Shown one piece after another: positions 1 to 8,448 of a DNA stretch of 64,000 nucleotides (positions within the stretch are counted from its first letter, which is position 1; the number at the start of each line of letters is the position of its first letter). The stretch comes from Methanomassiliicoccales archaeon (GTDB lineage Archaea; Thermoplasmatota; Thermoplasmata; Methanomassiliicoccales; JAAEEP01): positions 146,124 through 210,123 of the forward strand of contig JBKHFJ010000001.1 of assembly GCA_046540255.1 (NCBI GenBank), read 5' to 3'. The position numbers and the translations under genes were made by a program. The notes under the pieces are model-generated. The model did no database searches. It was not told where the DNA came from and saw only the letters and a list, made by a program, of their open reading frames with translations.

Positions 1-1
1 C

Positions 2-265
2 GCCGGGACCCAGGAGGATCTTGCCAGGGAGCTTGACGATGGATGGGACATCCATACAGTCAACGCCACCAAGATCGCCTGGGAAGAGGTCGGGAGACCG
101 ATCGCCAACACCGCCATGCTGGGCGCATTGGTTAAGGTCTCGGAGCTGGTGTCTCTCCAGTCGGTCCTGGATGAGATACAGACCAAGTTCTCGGCCAAGT
201 TCCCGGACAAGGTGGTCCAGAAGAATCTGAACAGTATCAAGAGGGCCTACGAGGAGGTGAACTGA
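2..265 (+). CDS. porG: pyruvate:ferredoxin oxidoreductase gamma subunit, C-terminal fragment (N-terminus outside window)
   Basis: Frame is open from the window edge to TGA at 263-265. My translation (...GRPIANTAMLGALVKVSELV...NLNSIKRAYEEVN) resembles POR/KOR gamma C-termini. The stop overlaps the next ATG by 1 nt, and porD-porA-porB follow. Confidence 0.8.
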   Translation, partial: AGTQEDLARELDDGWDIHTVNATKIAWEEVGRPIANTAMLGALVKVSELVSLQSVLDEIQTKFSAKFPDKVVQKNLNSIKRAYEEVN

Positions 266-546
266 TGTCCGGTGACACCTCACACGACGTCCCGGAGGGC
301 GGCTCGATAGACGAGCCAGGCAAGGCGAAGGAGTACAAGACCGGGTCATGGAGGTCCAAGAAACCGGTGCTGGATAAGGAGAAGTGCATCGACTGCCTGA
401 CCTGCTGGATATTCTGCCCGGACGACTGCATAATCATCGAGGATGAGAAGATGGAAGGCATCAGATACGATTACTGCAAAGGCTGCGGGATCTGTGCCTC
501 GGTATGCCCGAAAGAGGCGATCGAAATGGAAGAGGAGGGAGAGTAA
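265..546 (+). CDS. porD: pyruvate:ferredoxin oxidoreductase delta subunit (2x[4Fe-4S] ferredoxin-like)
   Basis: 93 aa with two ferredoxin Cys motifs (CIDCLTCWIFCP and CKGCGICASVCP). Sits between the gamma and alpha subunits. Confidence 0.9.
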   Translation: MSGDTSHDVPEGGSIDEPGKAKEYKTGSWRSKKPVLDKEKCIDCLTCWIFCPDDCIIIEDEKMEGIRYDYCKGCGICASVCPKEAIEMEEEGE

Positions 547-1706
547 TGGAGAGAATGGCTGTCAACGGGGACACGGCCGTCGCCTACGCCTGGAAGCAGG
601 TGAACCCGGACGTGGTGGCCGCATACCCCATAACCCCTCAGACCATCATAGTGGAGGCGTTCTCCGAGTACGTGGCGAACGGGGAGGTGGACACCGAGTT
701 CGTGTGCTCCGAGTCGGAGCACAGCGCCATGTCCCTGTGCATAGGGGCCTCCGCGGCGGGGGCCAGGTGCGCCACCGCCACCGCCTCCGCCGGACTGGCA
801 CTCATGTGGGAGACGCTGTACATAGCCTCCTCCATGCGCCTGCCCATAGTGATGGCCGTGGCCAACAGGGCGCTGAGTGCCCCGATCAACATCCACTGCG
901 ATCACGGTGATTCTATGGGGGCGAGGGATTCTGGCTGGGTCCAGCTCTACGGGGAGAATGTCCAGGAGGCCTACGACCAGTCGGTGTTGGCCTTCCGGAT
1001 CGGTGAGCACCCGGACGTCAAACTTCCGGTGATGACCGGGCTGGACGGATTCATACTCACCCACGCCATCGAGAACCTGGAGGCCCTCCCGGACGAGGCG
1101 GTCAGGGATTTCGTCGGCGACTACGAGCCTAAGCACGGGCTTCTGGACATCGAGAAGCCGATGACCTATGGACCTCTGGATCTCCAGGACTGGTACTTCG
1201 AGCACAAGTACCAGCAGGTGGAGGCCATGGGAAACGTGCCCAAGGTGGCGGAGAAGGTCTTTGACGATTACGAGAAGGAGTCCGGCAGGGAGTACAACAT
1301 CATAGAGCCCTACATGATCGACGACGCCGATTACGTGGTCATGGCCATTGGGTCCACCGCCGGCACTCTGCAAGCAGCGGTCGACGAGCTGAGGGAGGAG
1401 GGCATGAAGGCGGGATGCATCAAGCTCCGTATGTTCCGCCCCTTCCCCGAGGACCTGATCGCGGAGGCCCTGGCGGGCAAGAAGGCGGTCGCGGTGATGG
1501 ACCGGGCGATCAGCTTCGGTGCCGCCGGCCCCATCTTCCCGGAGGTGCGCTCCGCCCTGATGGAGAGGGATGACGCTCCCAAGACGGTCAATTACATCTA
1601 CGGTCTTGGCGGTCGAGACGTGCCGCCGTCTGACATCAAGAGCATCTTCCGCCAGCTCTCCGCCGGTGAGAGTGATAGGGTGAACTACCTGGGGGTGAGG
1701 ATATGA
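546..1706 (+). CDS. porA: pyruvate:ferredoxin oxidoreductase alpha subunit
   Basis: ATG at 546 (TAATG overlap with the porD stop) gives MERMAVNGDTAVAYAWKQVNPDVVAAYPITPQT, a typical 2-oxoacid:ferredoxin oxidoreductase alpha N-terminus. The track ORF 504..1706 starts further upstream inside porD. Confidence 0.9.
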   Translation: MERMAVNGDTAVAYAWKQVNPDVVAAYPITPQTIIVEAFSEYVANGEVDTEFVCSESEHSAMSLCIGASAAGARCATATASAGLALMWETLYIASSMRLPIVMAVANRALSAPINIHCDHGDSMGARDSGWVQLYGENVQEAYDQSVLAFRIGEHPDVKLPVMTGLDGFILTHAIENLEALPDEAVRDFVGDYEPKHGLLDIEKPMTYGPLDLQDWYFEHKYQQVEAMGNVPKVAEKVFDDYEKESGREYNIIEPYMIDDADYVVMAIGSTAGTLQAAVDELREEGMKAGCIKLRMFRPFPEDLIAEALAGKKAVAVMDRAISFGAAGPIFPEVRSALMERDDAPKTVNYIYGLGGRDVPPSDIKSIFRQLSAGESDRVNYLGVRI

Positions 1707-2641
1707 AGCTCAAGGAACTGGTAAAGAAGCCCCAGCGGCTTACCCCGGGGCACAGGCTCTGCGCCGGTTGCCCCGAGTCGATCATAGCCAGGCAGGTCCT
1801 GATGTCCACCGACCATCCGGTGGTGATTGCCACCGCCACCGGCTGCTTCGAGGTATCCACCAGCATATTCCCGTACACCGCATGGAATGTCCCGTTCATT
1901 CACAGCGCCTTCGAGAACGTCGCCGCCACCATCGCCGGGGCGGAGAGCGCCTACAACGCCCTCCGAAGGAAGGGCCAGGTGAAGGAGGACATCCGGTTCG
2001 TGGCCTTCGCCGGCGACGGCGGGACCTACGACATCGGACTGCAGTCGCTCTCGGGGGCGATAGAGCGGGGTCACAACTTCCTCTACGTCTGCCTGAACAA
2101 CGAGGCCTACATGAACACGGGCATACAGCGGTCCGGGGCCACCACCAGGGGGGCCCAGACCACCACCTGCCCGGCCGGCACCTGCATTCCGGGGAAGAGG
2201 CAGTTCCCCAAGGACATGACCAGGATCATCGCGGCCCACGACCTGCCCTACGCCGCCCAGGTCTCTCCCCACAACTGGAAGGATCTTATCGACAAGGCCT
2301 CCAAGGGATTCGAGGCCCAGGGACCGGCGTTCCTGAACGCCGTCTCACCCTGCCCGCGGGGATGGAGGTACGATGCGGCCAACACCATCGAGGTCGCCAA
2401 GCTGGCTGTGGAGACCTGCATCTGGCCTCTGTACGAGGTGGTGGAGGGCGACTACACGCTGACCGCCGACTCCAAGCGCATCGCCGAGGGCAAGAAGGAG
2501 AAGAAGCCGGTGGTCGATTGGCTGAAGACACAGGGCCGGTTCCGCCATCTGATGAAGGACGAGTGGTCCAACGTGGTGGAGGAGATCCAGGAGAGCGTGG
2601 ATCAAAACTGGGAGAGGCTGCAGAAGCTCGCCCAAATGTAG
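1703..2641 (+). CDS. porB: pyruvate:ferredoxin oxidoreductase beta subunit (TPP-binding)
   Basis: 312 aa with a TPP motif region (FAGDGGTYDIG...CLNNEAYMNTG) and N-terminal CAGCPE. Overlaps porA by 4 nt. Confidence 0.9.
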   Translation: MKLKELVKKPQRLTPGHRLCAGCPESIIARQVLMSTDHPVVIATATGCFEVSTSIFPYTAWNVPFIHSAFENVAATIAGAESAYNALRRKGQVKEDIRFVAFAGDGGTYDIGLQSLSGAIERGHNFLYVCLNNEAYMNTGIQRSGATTRGAQTTTCPAGTCIPGKRQFPKDMTRIIAAHDLPYAAQVSPHNWKDLIDKASKGFEAQGPAFLNAVSPCPRGWRYDAANTIEVAKLAVETCIWPLYEVVEGDYTLTADSKRIAEGKKEKKPVVDWLKTQGRFRHLMKDEWSNVVEEIQESVDQNWERLQKLAQM

Positions 2642-2650
2642 TCCAGCAAA

Positions 2651-2680
2651 GGGGCCGTAGGCCCCACCCTTTCACTTTTC
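2651..2680 (+). terminator. hairpin plus T-rich tract after porB
   Basis: GGGGCC-GTA-GGCCCC perfect 6-bp stem (2651-2665) followed by cccTTTcacTTTTct, 10 nt after the porB stop. Confidence 0.4.
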
Positions 2681-2748
2681 TATCAATCTCATGGGCTACA
2701 TCCGGGAACAGGTTATTACCGTATGGGCAATTCTGGGAACGTGATAGT

Positions 2749-3393
2749 ATGGAATACCCCCGATGTGACCGATGCGGCCGTAAGGAGTGCAGGACCGGTG
2801 AGCCGCCCACCAACCCCCTATGCCCGCTCAGCAAGGAGAAGATCGAGACCCGGGAGATCGTCTCCATGTACCGGGGTGAGGAGGGGGACCTCTATAGGGT
2901 GGGGGCCAAGATCGAGGCGGAGAGCTACAGGGAGATCGACGGCGCCATTACCCCCATCCGCCCCAGGCTGGCCGAGGTCATCGCCTTCTGCCGGGAGATG
3001 GACATCGATAGGGTGGGGGTGGCCTTCTGCGCCGGGTTGGTGTGGGAGGCCGGCCGTGTATGCAAGGTGCTGGACGATAAGGGACTGGACGTGGCGTCGG
3101 TCATGTGCAAGTGCTTTTCGGTGGAGAAGGCAGATCTGGGCGTGCCGGAGGAGCACTACATCAGGCAGGGGGAGGAGAAGGGGTGCAATCCGCTCATGCA
3201 GGCCAGGCTGCTGAACCAGGTGGGCACCCAGCTCAACCTGATCGTGGGATTGTGCGTCGGCCATGATATCCTGTTCACCAGGCACAGTCAGGCCCCGGTT
3301 ACCACCTTGATAGTGAAGGACCGCATGTCAGGTCACAACCCGATGCCACCCCTGTACAGCGCCTACTTCCAGGAGATACTGGACAGGGAGTGA
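2749..3393 (+). CDS. DUF1847-like Cys-rich metal-binding protein
   Basis: Only the 3' third of track ORF 1768..3393 is non-overlapping. The first ATG after porB is at 2749 (MEYPRCDRCGRKEC...). The Cys-rich N-terminus and the GLCVGHD motif recall DUF1847 (family assigned from memory). Confidence 0.65.
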   Translation: MEYPRCDRCGRKECRTGEPPTNPLCPLSKEKIETREIVSMYRGEEGDLYRVGAKIEAESYREIDGAITPIRPRLAEVIAFCREMDIDRVGVAFCAGLVWEAGRVCKVLDDKGLDVASVMCKCFSVEKADLGVPEEHYIRQGEEKGCNPLMQARLLNQVGTQLNLIVGLCVGHDILFTRHSQAPVTTLIVKDRMSGHNPMPPLYSAYFQEILDRE

Positions 3394-4086
3394 TCAGTAG
3401 ACGCACTCTGTCTTCATACCGTGGAAGAGTGCCTCTATCTCCTTGATCCTCTTGCTGCTGAGGGGAGAGGCCATGCATGGCCTCAGTGGCGTGTTGATGT
3501 ACACCAGGTCGGGCTCGAGGGAGCGGCAGATCTCCGCCATCTCCTCCGCCTCGTGCTGGTTCTCCTCCAGGAACATCAGCTGCATCCTGAAATCCCCCCG
3601 ATACTCCCCGCTCAGCTTCTCCAGGCCCTGAAGCACCCGGGACAGGGTGATATGGCCCACCGGTCGGTTGACCCTGCAGAAGGTGTTCTCGTTGGCCGCG
3701 TCCAGCTTGGCCATCACCATATGGAAGTCCTCCAGCGACTCGATGGCCCCGGGATCGCAGAGGTGGCAGGCGTTGGTGAGTATGGCCACCTTGGCCGAGG
3801 TGCAATTCCTGACGGTCCGTGCCAGCTCCCCAAGGTTGGAGGCGAGCATGGGCTCCCCGGTGCCAGAGAAAGTGACGTAATCCGCCTCTCGCTTCATCTG
3901 CCCGAGCTCCGACCGCAGAAGGTGGGCCTTGACGAACTCGCTCTTCCTGGTGGTCAGGAATCCCCCGTTCCCCAGCTGGCAGTAGACGCAGTTGAGGGAG
4001 CAGACCTTGGGTTCCATGCATATGGGGTCCACTCCCAGGGACCTTCCCAGTCTCCAGGAACTCACCGGTCCGTAGACCAGCTTCAT
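3394..4086 (-). CDS. radical SAM protein
   Basis: 230 aa with the CxxxCxxC motif CSLNCVYC near the N-terminus, followed by FSGTGEP (SAM-binding GGE-like). Specific function unknown. Confidence 0.8.
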   Translation of the reverse strand: MKLVYGPVSSWRLGRSLGVDPICMEPKVCSLNCVYCQLGNGGFLTTRKSEFVKAHLLRSELGQMKREADYVTFSGTGEPMLASNLGELARTVRNCTSAKVAILTNACHLCDPGAIESLEDFHMVMAKLDAANENTFCRVNRPVGHITLSRVLQGLEKLSGEYRGDFRMQLMFLEENQHEAEEMAEICRSLEPDLVYINTPLRPCMASPLSSKRIKEIEALFHGMKTECVY

Positions 4087-4196
4087 TCGCTCACCAGGTG
4101 GTAGGGATCTCTCATAGTGGCACCGTTACTCCGAATCCGCTGAGTGATAGCCTTGGAGCATAAGGTTAATGCTGTTTTCGGTGTGATTGACGTGGA

Positions 4197-4817
4197 GTGA
4201 ATCACGATCCCTTCGACCGTCTCGCGGAAGGTTACGATGAGTGGTACCTGCGATCACCGGAGCTGTTCAGGGCCGAGCTCGGTGCGCTCCTCTCGCTGGG
4301 GCTTGAGGGGAGGGGCCTGGATGTCGGGACCGGCACGGGTATATTCGCCGGGGAGGCCGGGACCGGGATCTGCCTGGACCCCTCCCTTCCCATGCTCCGA
4401 AAGGCGGTGGGAAGATGCGATCCGGTGAGGGGTGTGGCGGAGGGGCTGCCCTTCGCCCCATCCGTCTTCGATTACGTCATGATGACCGCCACCCTTTCAT
4501 TCTTGCCCCGGCCGGAAAGGGCCGTGAGGGAGGCGCACCGCGTGCTGAGAAGTGGAGGGTTCCTGGCCTTGTGCATCATACCACGGGACTCGGAATGGGG
4601 GCGCCTCTACATGGAGAAGGCAAAACGGGGGCATCCCGTGTACGGGGATGCCAGATTCTTCACCGTGGCCGAGGCCAGGGACCTGCTCGATGCGGCGGGG
4701 TTCCGTCTGGAGTGTATGGTCTCCACATTGCATGGGCTGGAACCATCGGATGAGAGGGAGGGACTCGGTGTCGATGAGAGGGGCGGGTTCGTTTGCCTCA
4801 AGGCCGTCAAGGTCTGA
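4197..4817 (+). CDS. class I SAM-dependent methyltransferase
   Basis: 206 aa with GTG start. Carries motif I LDVGTGTGIF and a downstream LRSGGFLAL motif typical of Methyltransf_11-like enzymes. Confidence 0.75.
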   Translation: MNHDPFDRLAEGYDEWYLRSPELFRAELGALLSLGLEGRGLDVGTGTGIFAGEAGTGICLDPSLPMLRKAVGRCDPVRGVAEGLPFAPSVFDYVMMTATLSFLPRPERAVREAHRVLRSGGFLALCIIPRDSEWGRLYMEKAKRGHPVYGDARFFTVAEARDLLDAAGFRLECMVSTLHGLEPSDEREGLGVDERGGFVCLKAVKV

Positions 4818-4818
4818 T

Positions 4819-5061
4819 TCACAGCTCGCCGGCGTTGGCCAGCCTCTCCTCGTGGGCCAAGAACTCCTCCCACAGGGAAAGGGTCTCCCTGGCCTCCTCC
4901 TCGTCCATGGTCTGGATGGCGAATCCGGCGTGCACCACCACGTAGTCTCCCGGGGAGACCTCCACCATGGAGAGGTTCACCCGCTTGGACACGCCTCCGA
5001 AGTCCACCTCCCCGTACTGTCCGTCCAGGGAGAGCACCTTTCCGGGTATGGCCAGGCACAC
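4819..5061 (-). CDS. hypC: hydrogenase maturation chaperone HypC/HybG family
   Basis: The track ORF starts at GTG 5070 (MREVCLAIPGKV). An internal GTG at 5061 gives the canonical HypC N-terminus M-CLAIPGKV with Cys at position 2, so I prefer 5061. Confidence 0.8.
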   Translation of the reverse strand: MCLAIPGKVLSLDGQYGEVDFGGVSKRVNLSMVEVSPGDYVVVHAGFAIQTMDEEEARETLSLWEEFLAHEERLANAGEL

Positions 5062-5070
5062 TTCTCTCAC

Positions 5071-5439
5071 CTACTCGGACATGACGTTGAGGATGGCCTC
5101 GGCCGGCTCACCGCCGGTCTCCCCCAGGGCCCGCTCGGCCCTCTCCCGGGAGCAGCCGGTCTGTTCCATGATCAGGTTGATGTCCTCCTCGGACAAGGCC
5201 TCTTCCGATCCAGAATCCGGCGAGGCCTCCCTGTCACTCACCTCGGTCTCTCCCACCACTTGGTAGGTCTCCTGTCCCTGCACCTTCATCAGGGTCACAT
5301 TGGCCTCGGTGATCCGGTACTCCTTGTCCGCGGTCCGGATGATCACCTCCTCCACGTCGGGGAACTCCTCGGTCTCGATCCCCATCTTCTTCATCGCCGC
5401 CTTCATCTGGCGGGGGTTCATCCTACCTCCAGGGAACAT
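5071..5439 (-). CDS. nac: nascent polypeptide-associated complex protein (archaeal NAC alpha)
   Basis: 122 aa. The N-terminus NPRQMKAAMKKMGI, the NAC domain, and a C-terminal UBA-like region (EDINLIMEQTGCSRERAERAL) fit archaeal NAC. Confidence 0.85.
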   Translation of the reverse strand: MFPGGRMNPRQMKAAMKKMGIETEEFPDVEEVIIRTADKEYRITEANVTLMKVQGQETYQVVGETEVSDREASPDSGSEEALSEEDINLIMEQTGCSRERAERALGETGGEPAEAILNVMSE

Positions 5440-5476
5440 GCTCTCGGGTACTGAGATATTGCCCCCGATATTAAAT

Positions 5477-5516
5477 GTTTTGAAAAATACAGGAAAGGTG
5501 AGGGGTTCGCCCCCTC
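5477..5516 (-). terminator. hairpin plus oligo-T after glnA copy 1
   Basis: The minus strand reads GAGGGG-GCGAA-CCCCTC (5500-5516) followed by GTATTTTTCAAAAC (5477-5490), directly after the glnA stop at 5522. A TTTAATAT TATA-like box for nac follows (about 5468-5477). Confidence 0.4.
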
Positions 5517-5521
5517 TTGTC

Positions 5522-6889
5522 TCAGGTGGTGAGCAGGTACTTCTTGATCTCCCAGGGGGTCACCTGCTTCCGGTAGTCCATCCACTCCATCTCCTTGATG
5601 TGCAGGAAGTGCTCGAACATGTGGTCCCCCAGGGCGGCCTTCATCATGCTGCTCTCCCTCATCTCATCGAGGGCCTCCCCCAGGTTCTCCGGGATGCAGT
5701 CCAGACCAAGCTCCCCCCGCTCCTTCTTGGTCATGGCGAAGGTATCCTTCTCCACCGGATCTCCAGGGTATATCCCCTTCTCGATGCCGTCCAGGCCGGC
5801 GGCGAGCATGACGGCGAACTGAAGGTAGGGGTTGCCGGACGGGTCCGGGTTTCGGTGCTCCACCCTGGTCTTTATACCCCGTCCTGCCGGGACCCTGACC
5901 AGGGCGCTGCGGTTCATGTTGGCCCAGGAGATGTAGCAGGGGGCCTCGTAACCGGGTATCAGGCGCTTGTAGGAGTTGATGCTTGGTGTCAGCACGGCGC
6001 AGGTGGCCTTTGCGTGCTTGAGCAGTCCTCCGATGTACTTGAGGGCGGTGTCGCTCAGGCCGTGCTCCCCGTTCTCGTCGTCGAAGATGTTCCTACCCTT
6101 GTTGTCCACCATGGACTGGTGCACGTGCATGGCCGATCCCCAATGGTCCTGGAGCGGTTTGGGCATGAAGGTGGCGTGCAGGCCGTGCTGCATGGCTATG
6201 GTCTTGATCCCCAGCTTCATGGTCATCATCCGGTCGGCGATGGTCAGGGCGTCCCCGTACTTCAGGTCGATCTCCTGCTGCCCTGGGGCCACCTCGTGGT
6301 GCGACTCCTCCACATCGAACCCCATCTCGTCGAACTTGATCATGATGTCCTTGCGGACCATCTCCCCCTTGTCCAGGGGCATCAGGTCGAAGTATCCGCC
6401 GATGTCCGAGGGCTTTCTGGATGGGGTGAGGTCTCCCTCGGTCTTGAACAGGAAGAACTCGAATTCCGGCCCCACGTTCATATTCCAGCCCTTCTCCTCG
6501 GCCTTCTTCATGACCTTCTCCAGGGCCAGGCGGGGATCGCCGGGGAACCGGTTCCCCTTCTCGTCCTCCACCGTGGGATCGGATATGGTGCACATCAGCC
6601 TGGCAGTGCGCATCTCACCGTGCATGGTCCAGGGGTACACCTGGTATGAATCTATGATGGGCATTGCCCTCATGTCCGACTCCTCCACCGTGGTGTATCC
6701 CAATATGGAGGAGCCGTCGATGAAGACCCCCTCGTCGAGGGCCTTCTCCAACTTGGTTACCGGTATGGAGACGCTCTTCACCGTTCCCAGTATGTCGGAG
6801 AACTGCATCTCCATGAAACGGACGTTATCTTCCTTGACCTGCTTGACCAGGTCCCTCTTCTTGTCTGGGTCATCCTCTTCGGATTCCAT
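5522..6889 (-). CDS. glnA: glutamine synthetase type I (copy 1)
   Basis: 455 aa with full-length GS-I motifs: FMEMQFSDILG, NVGPEFEFFLF, HHEVAPGQQEI, MHVHQS, SYKRL, NRSALVRVP. Confidence 0.95.
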   Translation of the reverse strand: MESEEDDPDKKRDLVKQVKEDNVRFMEMQFSDILGTVKSVSIPVTKLEKALDEGVFIDGSSILGYTTVEESDMRAMPIIDSYQVYPWTMHGEMRTARLMCTISDPTVEDEKGNRFPGDPRLALEKVMKKAEEKGWNMNVGPEFEFFLFKTEGDLTPSRKPSDIGGYFDLMPLDKGEMVRKDIMIKFDEMGFDVEESHHEVAPGQQEIDLKYGDALTIADRMMTMKLGIKTIAMQHGLHATFMPKPLQDHWGSAMHVHQSMVDNKGRNIFDDENGEHGLSDTALKYIGGLLKHAKATCAVLTPSINSYKRLIPGYEAPCYISWANMNRSALVRVPAGRGIKTRVEHRNPDPSGNPYLQFAVMLAAGLDGIEKGIYPGDPVEKDTFAMTKKERGELGLDCIPENLGEALDEMRESSMMKAALGDHMFEHFLHIKEMEWMDYRKQVTPWEIKKYLLTT

Positions 6890-6944
6890 GGGTCCTTTTG
6901 ACGGAGGGGGGACTAATATAGTTAACCCAACAGCTATATGTATC

Positions 6945-6990
6945 GTATAAAAATATATATATATTAAATAAAAAATTGAAAGGTAAGGGG
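6945..6990 (-). promoter_or_regulatory. pure A/T tract between the glnA copies (oligo-T terminator plus TATA region)
   Basis: The minus strand reads TTTCAATTTTTTATTTAATATATATATATTTTTATA. It begins 2 nt after the glnA copy 2 stop and lies about 55-100 nt upstream of the copy 1 ATG. This is a striking contrast with the GC-rich surroundings. Confidence 0.5.
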
Positions 6991-6991
6991 T

Positions 6992-8344
6992 TTACAGTAT
7001 GGGGAGGAACGTGTCGATCTCCCAGTCGGACACCTGGGTGCGGTACTCGTCCCACTCCATCTCCTTGATGTGAAGGTAGTGGCGAAAGATGTGCTCCCCC
7101 AGCGTGTCCATGACCAGCTCGCTATCGCACATGCGGTTGAGCGCCTCCCCTAGGTTCTCCGGGAGGCTGTCGATACCCATTCTCTTCCTCTCCTCCCTAT
7201 CCATCTTGTAGATGTCCCTCTCCACCGGGGCCGGAGGATAGATGTCATTCTCCAAGCCGTCCAGGCCGGCGGCGAGCATGACGGCGAACTGCAGGTAGGG
7301 GTTGCCAGCGGGATCGGGGTTCCTCAGCTCCACCCTGGTCCTGCCACCTCTGCCGGCCGGCACCCTGATGAGTGCGCTGCGGTTCATGTTGGCCCAGGAG
7401 ATGTAGCAGGGGGCCTCGAACCCTGGCACCAGCCTCTTGTAGGAGTTGACGTAGGCGTTGATCACCGCGTTCACTTCCTTGGCGTGGTGCAGCAGCCCGC
7501 CGATGTACTTGAAAGCCTCATCGGAGAGGCCGAACTCCCCCTCGGGATCGTCGAAGGCGTTCGTCCCGTCCTGGTAGCAGAGGGACTGGTGGACGTGCAT
7601 CCCCGATCCGTTGACCCCATAGAGGGGCTTGGGCATGAAGGTGGCGTAGAGTCCGTGCTTCAGGGCTATGGTCTTGATGCCGAACTTCAGGGTGACCATG
7701 CGGTCGGCCACGGTCAGGGCGTCCTTGTAGCGCAGGTCCACCTCGTGCTGTCCGGGGGCCACCTCGTGGTGGGCCGCCTCCACGTCGAACTCCATCTTGT
7801 CGAACTCCAGCATGATGTCCTTGCGGACCATCTCCCCCTTGTCCAGTGGTATGAGGTCGAAGTAGCCTCCGGCGTCCGCCGGCTTGGCCAGCGGGTTCCC
7901 CCTCTCGTCCGTCTTGAACAGGAAGAACTCGAACTCCGGGCCGACGTTGAACTCCAATCCCTTCTTCTTGGCCTTTTCCATGACCTTCTCCAGGACCAGC
8001 CTGGGATCGCCCTTGAACCTGTTGCCCTGGTGGTCGTAGATCTTGCACATCAACCTGGCCGTCTTCATCTTGGTGTCCGCGGTCCACGGGTAGATCTGGA
8101 AGGAGTCCAGTATGGGGGTGGCCCTCATGTCCGACTCCTCGATGGTCACGTAGCCGAGGATGGAGGAACCGTCGATGAACACACCCTCATCGATGGCCTT
8201 GTCCAGCTTCTCGGAGGGGATGGACACGCTCTTCACCGTCCCCAGGATGTCCGAGAACTGCATCTCGATGAACTTCACTTCCTTATCCGCGACCTCTTTG
8301 AGCACCTTCTCCTTAAGTTCGGGGTCTATGTCTGTCGGGGTCAT
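6992..8344 (-). CDS. glnA: glutamine synthetase type I (copy 2)
   Basis: 450 aa carrying the same GS-I motifs (FIEMQFSDILG, GSGMHVHQS, NRSALIRVP). By eye roughly 70 percent identical to copy 1. Confidence 0.95.
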   Translation of the reverse strand: MTPTDIDPELKEKVLKEVADKEVKFIEMQFSDILGTVKSVSIPSEKLDKAIDEGVFIDGSSILGYVTIEESDMRATPILDSFQIYPWTADTKMKTARLMCKIYDHQGNRFKGDPRLVLEKVMEKAKKKGLEFNVGPEFEFFLFKTDERGNPLAKPADAGGYFDLIPLDKGEMVRKDIMLEFDKMEFDVEAAHHEVAPGQHEVDLRYKDALTVADRMVTLKFGIKTIALKHGLYATFMPKPLYGVNGSGMHVHQSLCYQDGTNAFDDPEGEFGLSDEAFKYIGGLLHHAKEVNAVINAYVNSYKRLVPGFEAPCYISWANMNRSALIRVPAGRGGRTRVELRNPDPAGNPYLQFAVMLAAGLDGLENDIYPPAPVERDIYKMDREERKRMGIDSLPENLGEALNRMCDSELVMDTLGEHIFRHYLHIKEMEWDEYRTQVSDWEIDTFLPIL

Positions 8345-8394
8345 TGGGTTCCCTGATATATAAATGTATTAAAAAATGTTTCTATGACCAATAT

Positions 8395-8422
8395 ATCGAG
8401 TGTAATTCCTATATTACTCGAT
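8395..8422. promoter_or_regulatory. imperfect palindrome upstream of glnA copy 2 (candidate operator)
   Basis: ATCGAGTGTAAT-TCCTAT-ATTACTCGAT. The outer arms ATCGAGT/ACTCGAT are perfect and the inner arms GTAAT/ATTAC are offset by 2 nt. Lies 51-78 nt upstream of the ATG at 8344, beyond the A/T-rich TATA-like tract at 8351-8382. Confidence 0.35.
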
Positions 8423-8448
8423 AAATGTTCAATGAGAATCAGATCCGT

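Noticed and set aside
1768-3393. A 541-aa ORF spanning porB and the downstream gene.
   Set aside because: Its first about 290 codons overlap porB in another frame and read as Arg/Gly/Pro-rich GC-shadow sequence. Only the part from ATG 2749 (the DUF1847-like protein) is credible.
5300-6649. Long antisense or alternate-frame ORFs. Examples: 471..1373-, 5300..6649+, 7484..8356+, 12310..13575+, 22278..23399-, 23850..24815-, 23968..24888+, 45236..46186-, 50563..51660+, 60148..61182+ and 63175..63768-.
   Set aside because: All lie opposite or out of frame to genes with clear family motifs. Their translations are low-complexity R/G/P/H/L-rich, the pattern expected from stop-codon depletion in GC-rich DNA.
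6945-6990. The (TA)n-containing A/T tract as a mobile-element end or replication origin.
   Set aside because: It is only about 45 nt, has no flanking inverted or direct repeats, ORB-like boxes or cdc6 nearby, and sits exactly where a terminator plus promoter is needed between the tandem glnA genes.
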